Shown here piece after piece: positions 55,890 through 64,000 of a DNA stretch of 64,000 nt. The DNA comes from Planctomycetota bacterium (GTDB lineage: Bacteria > Planctomycetota > UBA1135 > UBA2386): positions 6,912,001 through 6,976,000 of the forward strand of contig OZ245006.1 in the NCBI GenBank assembly GCA_965223545.1, in the 5' to 3' direction. Positions within the stretch are counted from its first letter, which is position 1; each line of letters begins with the position of its first letter. A model generated the notes under the pieces. It saw only the letters and a list, made by a program, of their open reading frames with translations. It did not search any database and was not told the origin of the DNA. The position numbers and the translations under genes were made by a program.

Positions 55890-57080
55890 CTAGCTCTTCT
55901 CCGTTGCCGAGAACTGCGGCAGGCAGCGCCGCAAGTGCTCGGCCAGCTCTGGCTCCGCGCTGTTCGCCAGCGCCGATGCGCACCGTTCGAGCCAGGCAAC
56001 CAGCCACCCGGGCGCGGCCCTGGGCCCAACCTTCCATCGGCTCGCGGGGTCGGCCAGCTGGACCGACAGGAAGTCGCAAACCACGCGTCCCATGGCGGCT
56101 TTGTTGTGGGGCTGGGCGCGGAGATCGGCGAGCAACCCCGCGGCGGTGTCGGTGTCGAGCGCCGCCGAGTGCCGGCCGTCGAGACCGGCCGTGACGCGGT
56201 CCGCCGTGATCGCCAGAAACAGATCGCCGTGCCGGCAGGAGCGGACCGACACCGCTGCGTCGGCGTCGACGCTGGCGACCGGCCCCAACGTCGATGGGGG
56301 CGCGTTCCGCAGGGCATCGGCGACGGCGGCACGGAGGGCGGCGATGGCGGCGCTGTTGTCGTCGGCGCGGGCTTCGTAGCCGTGTTGTTCACCATCGGTC
56401 CACGCCGCCACCCCGCGCAGGGCGACCTCGGCCTCGCGCCGGCCCCAGGCGTCGCCACACCAGCTGGCCCGCAGCGCGAGGGCGTCGAGCAGCGTGTTGA
56501 GACCGTGCGCGTCGCCGGTTTCGGCGAGCAGGGCCGCAGCGCGGACGCGCACCCGCGGGTCGGGATCGTCGTCGGTGAGGCGGCGCAAGGCCGCTCGCCC
56601 CGCTGCTGCATCGAGCGCCCGCAACCCGCGGGCAGCCTGCAAACGATACAGATGGCTCGGGTCGTCGACGCCACGGCGGAAGAGCTCCAGATCCGCCGGC
56701 GCGGCGCGGTTGGCCAGGCCACCGAGGGCGTGCGAGCGCCAGTAGAAAGACGGGTCCTCGGCCCAGTCGCGCAGCAGCGCGCGGATCGCGTCGCCGTCTG
56801 TGTCGGCGTTGGCGATGCTCTCGACCAACGTCTGGGGCAGGGCGTCCGTGCCCTGGGTCTCGGCGTAGGCGCGGATCGCCGGCACAGCGGCATCCCCGGC
56901 GGCCGCGATCTTCTTGCCGACCGCCAGCCGCATGCCGTAGCGCCGGTGCTCGCAGGCCTTGCGCACCGCCTCGTGCCAATCTTCGCCGCCGGTGGGCGGC
57001 TGGCTGGCGACGGGGGCCACCGGTAGCGCAATCGCGAGGCCTGCGGCGAGCCATGTGGGCGCATCGAACCAACGCTTCAT
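55890..57080 (-). CDS. Exported HEAT-repeat protein
   Basis: Signal peptide; repeats DPSFYWR, DPSHLYRLQAA and DPDPRVRVRAA. Ends 3 nt before glmS. Confidence 0.8.
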   Translation of the reverse strand: MKRWFDAPTWLAAGLAIALPVAPVASQPPTGGEDWHEAVRKACEHRRYGMRLAVGKKIAAAGDAAVPAIRAYAETQGTDALPQTLVESIANADTDGDAIRALLRDWAEDPSFYWRSHALGGLANRAAPADLELFRRGVDDPSHLYRLQAARGLRALDAAAGRAALRRLTDDDPDPRVRVRAAALLAETGDAHGLNTLLDALALRASWCGDAWGRREAEVALRGVAAWTDGEQHGYEARADDNSAAIAALRAAVADALRNAPPSTLGPVASVDADAAVSVRSCRHGDLFLAITADRVTAGLDGRHSAALDTDTAAGLLADLRAQPHNKAAMGRVVCDFLSVQLADPASRWKVGPRAAPGWLVAWLERCASALANSAEPELAEHLRRCLPQFSATEKS

Positions 57081-57086
57081 CGCTGG

Positions 57087-57092
57087 AGCGTA
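57087..57092 (-). promoter_or_regulatory. -10-like box TACGCT, 6 nt before ATG 57080 (leaderless)
   Basis: Minus strand TACGCT-ccagcg-ATG. Confidence 0.5.
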
Positions 57093-57151
57093 TCGCGGTC
57101 CCGGCGCGGTCGGTAGCCGCTGGGCGTGAGGCCGCCGCGCGGCGCCGCCAG

Positions 57152-59383
57152 CTACGGCGCGGCGACCAGCACGGTGTCGCCCAGCGATCGCCGGTCCGCG
57201 TAGAAAAGCTCGAGCTCCGGCAGCGTCTTCGGCTCGAACCCCGGGCAGCTGGCGCGCAGGATGTGCCGGCCGGCGGGTAGGGTCATCGTGAAATGGCCGT
57301 CGTCGCCCGTGAGCACCATGGTGACCGGCTCCTCACCCCACCGGTCGGTCCGCGATGCCCGTACCTGGGCGTGCGCGGTGGGGTGACCGTCGGCATCGAC
57401 GATGCGACCCGAGAGCACCGCCGCCGGCAGCTCGGCGGGCGTGATCTCGACCGCGAACTCCGCGCTGTCGAGGGTGACGCCGAGCAAGCGACGGACCGGC
57501 GTCGCGGTGTCGGTGTGCACCGAGATCGCCCGTGAGATGCTGATGTCGTAGCGGCCGGTGGACTGGCCGGCGAACACCGCGCGACCATCGGCATCCGTTT
57601 GGGTTGCGGCGACGGGCCGGCCGTGCTCTCCCTCGCGGTAGAGCTGGATGCCGAAGGCGCCCGGCTGCGTGGGGCAGTGCACGCGGACGCGGAGAGCTTC
57701 TTCGGGCACGGGCCAGTGGTACTCGACGCCGGCCGCGACCGTGATCTCGCGGTTGGCGGTGAAACCGCCGTCGCGGCGTCCGACGCTCAGGTGATAGGTG
57801 CCGGGTGCGAGGCCCTCGAGGACGCAGCGCCCCCCGCTTGAGTTGACCCGCGGCGACAGCCAGCGGCGCATTACCCGTGGAATGGGCGCGCGCGGCGATG
57901 CGGCGAGCCAGTAGTCGCCCGGGACGACGACGGGCAGCTGCGCGGTGACTCGGGCGGCGAGGTCGAGGGTCACATCGAGCACGAGATCGCGTTCGACCGA
58001 GATCGGATGCCTGGTGGCGGCGTGTGCGCGGTCGCTCGACTTGGCCCAGATCACGTAGTCGCCGGGGGCGACGTCGGCGGCGACGAGGGCGTTCCCCTCG
58101 TCGCGGCGCAGCGGGATCGGCGCGGCCGAGCGCACCGGGACCAGGATCGCCTCCGGGCCGAGCGCCGGGCCGCTGAGGGTGATCAGCCGCAGCTGCACCG
58201 TGTGGCCGGGGGGCCGCAGGGCGAACTCGACCTCGACGTCGACCCCCGGACGCGCGATCACCGAGCGGCAGTGCGACGCCGCGTGGCCCGCGGCGACGGC
58301 GTGCAGCTCGAGCCGGGGCGCGACCCCAGTCGCCACGAAGCGGCCATCGGCACCGGTCTGGGTGATCGGCTTCGCCAGTGCGCCGGCGTTGCGGCCCATG
58401 ACGGTGGCGCCGGCGACCGGGATGCCGCTGTGGTCCACGACGATGCCGTAGAGCCGAATGCCGGTGCGCGCGGCGCGCCCGCCGATGGGTGGACTCGGGT
58501 CGGCCGCGGCGGCGTGTCGCGGGCCGGCTTCGCGGCGCGCGGTCGAAGTGACGGGCGCGGCCGCGCGCGCGGTGGTCGGCGCGGCGGCGGTGCCGGGTTC
58601 CGGGGGGTGGGGCGTCGGGTCGTCGCCGGCGAACGCGCCGCTCCCGGCCCAGACCGCCAGACTCGCCGCCACCGCGGCGCCGGCCGCCATGACCCAGAGG
58701 CCGCCGCCGCCAGTGCTGGCCGCGGCGGTCGTCGTCAGCGGCGCGGGGCGGCTCTGCGCGTGCTGCAGGACGACGCGGCGCATCGCCGGCAGGCCGCGGC
58801 CCGGCGCTGCCGACGCGCTGGCGCCGATCGCGCCAACCGTCACCACCGGCAACGCGCTGCGCACCAGGGCGAGACCGCGGGCGATCTGCGACCGCACCGT
58901 GCTCGGGTGCCGGTGGAGGTCGGCGGCGATCTCTTGCGGCCGCGCACCGTCCAGGTACGAGTGCAGCACGGGCTGCCAGGTCGCCGGCAGCTGGGCGATG
59001 CAGTGCAGCAGCGATTGCTCGAGCTCGGCGGTCTGCGCGGCGCTCGGCGGGGTCACCGGCGCCGCGCGCGGCAGGCGGTCGGTGTCGAGGGCGCGGAGGC
59101 CCCGCCGCCGCGCGGCGCGCGCGTGGTTGGCGAGGATGCCGACCAGCCACGGCATTACCCGGAGCTTGGGGTCGAAGTCGTCGACCGCGCCGATCGCCGT
59201 GACGAAGGTGTCCTGCACCAGGTCCTCGGCGCTCGCCTCGCTGGATGCCAGGTGCCGTGCCAGCGCGAGCAGCTCGCTGGCGCAGCAGTCGAACACGACC
59301 GCCAGCTGGCCGGGATCGGTGGTCTGCTGGTAACGGCGAAAGGCCCTGTCTGGCTTGCTGGAAAACATCCGACTGCGCAGCAT
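57152..59383 (-). CDS. ECF sigma-70 factor fused to a TM helix and carboxypeptidase-regulatory-like domains
   Basis: AEDLVQDTF, PWLVGILAN and EIAADLHRHPSTVRSQIARGL; TM helix; GIVVDHSGIPVAGATV and TDADGR repeats. Confidence 0.9.
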   Translation of the reverse strand: MLRSRMFSSKPDRAFRRYQQTTDPGQLAVVFDCCASELLALARHLASSEASAEDLVQDTFVTAIGAVDDFDPKLRVMPWLVGILANHARAARRRGLRALDTDRLPRAAPVTPPSAAQTAELEQSLLHCIAQLPATWQPVLHSYLDGARPQEIAADLHRHPSTVRSQIARGLALVRSALPVVTVGAIGASASAAPGRGLPAMRRVVLQHAQSRPAPLTTTAAASTGGGGLWVMAAGAAVAASLAVWAGSGAFAGDDPTPHPPEPGTAAAPTTARAAAPVTSTARREAGPRHAAAADPSPPIGGRAARTGIRLYGIVVDHSGIPVAGATVMGRNAGALAKPITQTGADGRFVATGVAPRLELHAVAAGHAASHCRSVIARPGVDVEVEFALRPPGHTVQLRLITLSGPALGPEAILVPVRSAAPIPLRRDEGNALVAADVAPGDYVIWAKSSDRAHAATRHPISVERDLVLDVTLDLAARVTAQLPVVVPGDYWLAASPRAPIPRVMRRWLSPRVNSSGGRCVLEGLAPGTYHLSVGRRDGGFTANREITVAAGVEYHWPVPEEALRVRVHCPTQPGAFGIQLYREGEHGRPVAATQTDADGRAVFAGQSTGRYDISISRAISVHTDTATPVRRLLGVTLDSAEFAVEITPAELPAAVLSGRIVDADGHPTAHAQVRASRTDRWGEEPVTMVLTGDDGHFTMTLPAGRHILRASCPGFEPKTLPELELFYADRRSLGDTVLVAAP

Positions 59384-59449
59384 CGTGAGACCTTGGACCC
59401 GAGGGGGCGGAGGTGCTCCGCGATTCTCTCCAGTGTAGCCCGGCAGGCC

Positions 59450-60769
<1,320 letters not shown>

Positions 60770-60885
60770 TCGGTGGCTCCTGCGGCGTGGGGGGTGCGGT
60801 GGCACGGGGGTGCGCGTCGGGCCGGGTGTACGGGGCGTGTCGCGGCCGTGCAAGGAGGCGGGTGATCGCTATCGTGCGAGGTCGC

Positions 60886-62109
60886 GTGGCCGCCGATCTG
60901 ACGCTGTTTGCCGCCTGCCTGCCCGGGCTCGAGCCTGTCCTGCTCGAGGAGGTGCGCGCTGCGGTCGCAGCGTCGGCGCAGTCGGCGCCCGGCGGTGTGC
61001 AGTGGACGGGGGACCTGGCGTCGATGTACCGAGCCAATCTGCAGCTCGGCCTGGCGTCGCACGTGCTACTGCGCGTCGGCGAGTTCTCCGTGCGCAGCCT
61101 GGGCGAGTTGGTGCGCAAGGTGGCGCAGCTGGGGTGGGAGGAGTGGGTGGCCGCCGGGGAAGAGGTCGCGGTGCGCGCGACCTGCCGGCGGTCGCGGCTC
61201 TATCACACCGGCGCGGTGCAGCAGCGCGTCGTCGAGGGCATCGCGCGGCGGCTGGGCGCGAGGGGGGCGCGGTCCGAGGCCTCGACCACCGTGCCTGCGG
61301 CCGAGCCGATCACGGTCGTGGCGCGGCTGGCCTTCGACCGTTGCCAGCTGTCGATCGATACCTCGGGAGCGCCGCTGCACCGCCGTGGCTGGCGCCGACA
61401 ACCCGGCGCCGCGCCGGTGCGCGCCGATCTGGCGCGGGCCGCGCTGCGGACGGTGGGTTGGGCCGGCGACGGCCTGCTGGTCGACCCGTTGGCGGGGGTG
61501 GGCACCATCGCGATCGAGGCGGCGCAGCTGGCGCGCGGTATGGCGCCGGGCCGGATGCGCAGCTTCGCCTTCGAGCGCGGGGCGCTGTGTGATGCGGCGC
61601 TCTGGCAGCAGGTGCGCGCGGCGGCCGATGCGCGGGTGCGGCCGGCCGCCGAGCCGTGCGTGTTCGCCAGCGATCGCGACGCGCGCGCGATCGACGCGCT
61701 GCGCGACCACGCCGCGCACGCTGGCGTGGCGGAGGATGTCTCCGTCGAGCAGGCGCCGTTGTCGGCGGCTGGCGTGTGGGCGCGGTTGCCGGCGCGCGGT
61801 GCCTTGGTGACGCATCCGCCGTTCGGTCGACGGCTGGGCGATCGCGGTGGGCTGCGGCCGCTGTATCGGGCGCTCGGTGGCATCGGCCGGCAGCTGCCGC
61901 CGGCCTGGCGGCTGGCTTGGTTGGCCGGCGATCGCCGGTTGGCCCGGAGCGCCGGCATCTCCCTGCGCCCGGCGTGGATGACCGATCACGGCGGGGCCAA
62001 GGTTTGGCTGCTGGTCGGCGGTGCCGCGCTCGCGCGCGGCGCCGCCGGCGCCTACGCTCTGCCGCCTCATTCTGACTGTTCACTGCATTCTGAGAAACGA
62101 AACCAATGA
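60886..62109 (+). CDS. THUMP-domain class I SAM RNA methyltransferase (RlmL/YpsC-like)
   Basis: PGLEPVL, YRANL, SRLYH, SIDTSGAPLHRRGWR, DPLAGVGTIAIEAA and THPPFGRRL motifs. Start approximate. Confidence 0.85.
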   Translation: MAADLTLFAACLPGLEPVLLEEVRAAVAASAQSAPGGVQWTGDLASMYRANLQLGLASHVLLRVGEFSVRSLGELVRKVAQLGWEEWVAAGEEVAVRATCRRSRLYHTGAVQQRVVEGIARRLGARGARSEASTTVPAAEPITVVARLAFDRCQLSIDTSGAPLHRRGWRRQPGAAPVRADLARAALRTVGWAGDGLLVDPLAGVGTIAIEAAQLARGMAPGRMRSFAFERGALCDAALWQQVRAAADARVRPAAEPCVFASDRDARAIDALRDHAAHAGVAEDVSVEQAPLSAAGVWARLPARGALVTHPPFGRRLGDRGGLRPLYRALGGIGRQLPPAWRLAWLAGDRRLARSAGISLRPAWMTDHGGAKVWLLVGGAALARGAAGAYALPPHSDCSLHSEKRNQ

Positions 62110-63182
62110 GCAAGGTCTACGACATCGCGGTGCTGCCCGGCGACGGCATCGGCGAGGAGGTGGTGCGCGAGGGGCTCAAAGTATTGGACGCGGCCTGCGA
62201 CGTGTTCGGCTTCAAGACCGCGCGGGAGGTGTTGCCGTACGGTGCGGATCACTATCTGGCGACCGGTGAGACGATGCCGGATGCGGCGTTCGACCGCTTG
62301 GCCGACATGCACGCGGTGCTGCTCGGCGCGATCGGCGATCCGCGCATCGAGGTCGGCAAGCTGGAGTTCGCGATCATCGCCGGCCTGCGTTTCAAGCTGG
62401 ATCTCTACGTCAACCTGCGGCCGATCAAGCTGTTCCACGAGTCGCTGTGCCCCTTGAAGGACAAGGGACCCGAGCACGTCGACATGGTGATCTGCCGCGA
62501 GAACACCGAGGACGCCTACGCCGGCATCTACGGGCACTTGCGCAAGGGCACCGCCGACGAGGTCGCGCACCAGAGCATGGTCTACACGCGCATGGGGACC
62601 GAGCGCATCATTCGGTTCGCGTTCGAATTGGCGCAGAAGCGCGGGCCCAAGCCCGGTGCCGAGCAACCACAGGTGACGCTGATCGACAAGGCCAACGCGG
62701 TGCGCGCCCAGGACTTGTGGACGCGCACCTTCGCCGAGATCGCCGCCGAATATCCGGGCATCAAGACCGACCACGCCTACATCGACGCCGCCTGCATGTG
62801 GATGGTGAAGAACCCCGAGTGGTTCGACGTCGCGGTCACACCGAACTTGTTCGGTGACATCATCACCGACCTCGGCGCGATGATTCAGGGTGGCATGGGC
62901 ATCGCGGCGTCGGGCAACATCCACCCGGGTAAGGTTTCGATGTTCGAGCCGATCCACGGCTCGGCTCCCAAGTACCGGGGCCAGAACGTCGCCAACCCGC
63001 TGGCGACCATCGTCGCCGTGGCGATGATGCTCGAGCACCTCGGCGAGCGCGACGCAGCGCGCGCCGTCGAAGACACGGTCGGCGGCCTGATTCGCGACGG
63101 CCAGATCACCAGCCTGCAAGCCGGCGTCCACAAGACCGACGAGCTCGGCGACCTCGTCGCCAACGCCCTGCGCAGGCGGTAG
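62106..63182 (+). CDS. leuB: 3-isopropylmalate dehydrogenase (isocitrate/isopropylmalate dehydrogenase family)
   Basis: [32 protein letters not shown] and FEPIHGSAP motifs. Exact substrate is uncertain. Confidence 0.8.
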   Translation: MSKVYDIAVLPGDGIGEEVVREGLKVLDAACDVFGFKTAREVLPYGADHYLATGETMPDAAFDRLADMHAVLLGAIGDPRIEVGKLEFAIIAGLRFKLDLYVNLRPIKLFHESLCPLKDKGPEHVDMVICRENTEDAYAGIYGHLRKGTADEVAHQSMVYTRMGTERIIRFAFELAQKRGPKPGAEQPQVTLIDKANAVRAQDLWTRTFAEIAAEYPGIKTDHAYIDAACMWMVKNPEWFDVAVTPNLFGDIITDLGAMIQGGMGIAASGNIHPGKVSMFEPIHGSAPKYRGQNVANPLATIVAVAMMLEHLGERDAARAVEDTVGGLIRDGQITSLQAGVHKTDELGDLVANALRRR

Positions 63183-63314
63183 TACGGCTCGCTGAAAGTA
63201 CGGATCCAGGCTCCCATTCATCACTTCGCGGCGCCTCGCCGGCCGACGGCCGGCGAGGCGCCGCGAAGTGATGAATGGGAGCCTGGATCCGTACTTTCAG
63301 CGAGCCCGCCCTAC
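63179..63314. repeat. Perfect 121-bp palindrome (60-bp arms) bounded by GTAG...CTAC, REP-doublet-like
   Basis: 63186-63245 is the exact reverse complement of 63247-63306. GTAG at 63179-63182 and CTAC at 63311-63314. Confidence 0.93.
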
Positions 63315-63398
63315 TTTCGGAAATGTCTGCGGGGGTGGGCTGCGAGTGGGGTTCTGCGGGGGCCGGAGCTCTTTCGGCTTTCCTTGCCCCGTAAACAC

Positions 63399-64000
63399 AT
63401 GCGCAGATCCCCCGTCCACCTCTTGCTCGTCGCCGTCTTCGCGGCGGTCACCTCGTCGGCGCTTCGCGCCCAGTTGCCGAGCTGGCAGCACCGCCCCGCC
63501 GCGGTGATCACCGGTTCGGCCGAGGCGTCGAACTTCATCTACTACGACACCCAGCGCCAGGTGCTGCGGCTTGCGACCAGCACGCAAACGGGAGTCGACA
63601 TCCAGTTCTGGGAATGGGATGGCGCGATCTGGCTGCCCACCGAAACGCTGTTCGGGGTCATCGTCTCCAACAGCGGCAGCGCTGGTCAAAGCGACACTTC
63701 GGCGGTGGTGTGGGATCCGCAGAACGCGCTCCTCTACATGCAAGCGACGGTCAACGGCGTGCTCGACGTGTACGCCTACGACGGCGCGACGCTGACGCCG
63801 ACCGGGCACCCGGGGCCGTGGGTGGACTTCTGGCCGGTCCTGAGCTACGCCGGCAACGGCCGGGTCCTGGACCCACGCACGGGCTTCATTTGGGATGGCA
63901 ACGCTTGGCTGCCGGCGACGACGTCGCCGAATGCGGCGTCGTTGTCCTTCGGCGCGGTCGCCAACGCGGTCTTCGATGCGACCAACGACCGCGTCCTGTC
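63399..64000 (+). CDS. Exported Kelch-like/WEWDG beta-propeller protein, 3' end runs off the window
   Basis: Manual translation: MRRSPVHLLLVAVFAAVTSSALRA-QLPSW...FWEWDGAIW...YAYDG...FIWDGNAW. Open to the window end. Confidence 0.8.
   Translation, partial: MRRSPVHLLLVAVFAAVTSSALRAQLPSWQHRPAAVITGSAEASNFIYYDTQRQVLRLATSTQTGVDIQFWEWDGAIWLPTETLFGVIVSNSGSAGQSDTSAVVWDPQNALLYMQATVNGVLDVYAYDGATLTPTGHPGPWVDFWPVLSYAGNGRVLDPRTGFIWDGNAWLPATTSPNAASLSFGAVANAVFDATNDRVL

Noticed and set aside
62067..63507. Two ORFs on opposite strands both starting MMNGSLDPYFQRA
   Set aside because: A by-product of the perfect palindrome at 63186-63306.

Overview
Very GC-rich bacterial DNA. The gene content (ELWxxDGT and FG-GAP surface proteins with a shared C-terminal module, ECF sigma factors fused to membrane/periplasmic domains, a YdjY-like protein) suggests a Planctomycetota genome, possibly OM190-like; this is an inference. 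Bases ~1-6.2 kb are an accessory region: a partial IS1634-family element interrupting a Cys-rich secreted protein gene, a complete ISKra4-like element (13-bp terminal inverted repeats, 8-bp target duplication) and small orphan ORFs. The rest is core-like chromosome: asparaginase II, nnrD, a GT87-like transferase, a Rieske/cytochrome b-c pair, a Mesh1-like hydrolase, a porin + periplasmic protein + kinase trio, MBL-rhodanese, S9 and M28 peptidases, pyk, pyc, a stand-alone NRPS condensation protein, a PIG-L deacetylase, an OYE flavoenzyme, DegT, an enlarged GlmS, lat, an RlmL-like methyltransferase and a leuB-like gene. The most striking signal is a small structured repeat family bounded by (G)CTCA direct repeats. 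Two tandem 195-bp (65-codon) copies sit in-frame inside the signal-peptide region of a rhodanese lipoprotein gene, and a diverged 167-bp copy lies between genes at 27.1 kb. Other signals are a perfect 60-bp-arm palindrome bounded by GTAG/CTAC, a candidate sRNA before an ECF gene, a shared C-terminal putative sorting domain, and repeated leaderless-promoter architecture. No rRNA, tRNA or CRISPR array was recognised. All assignments come from reading motifs by eye; no searches were run.
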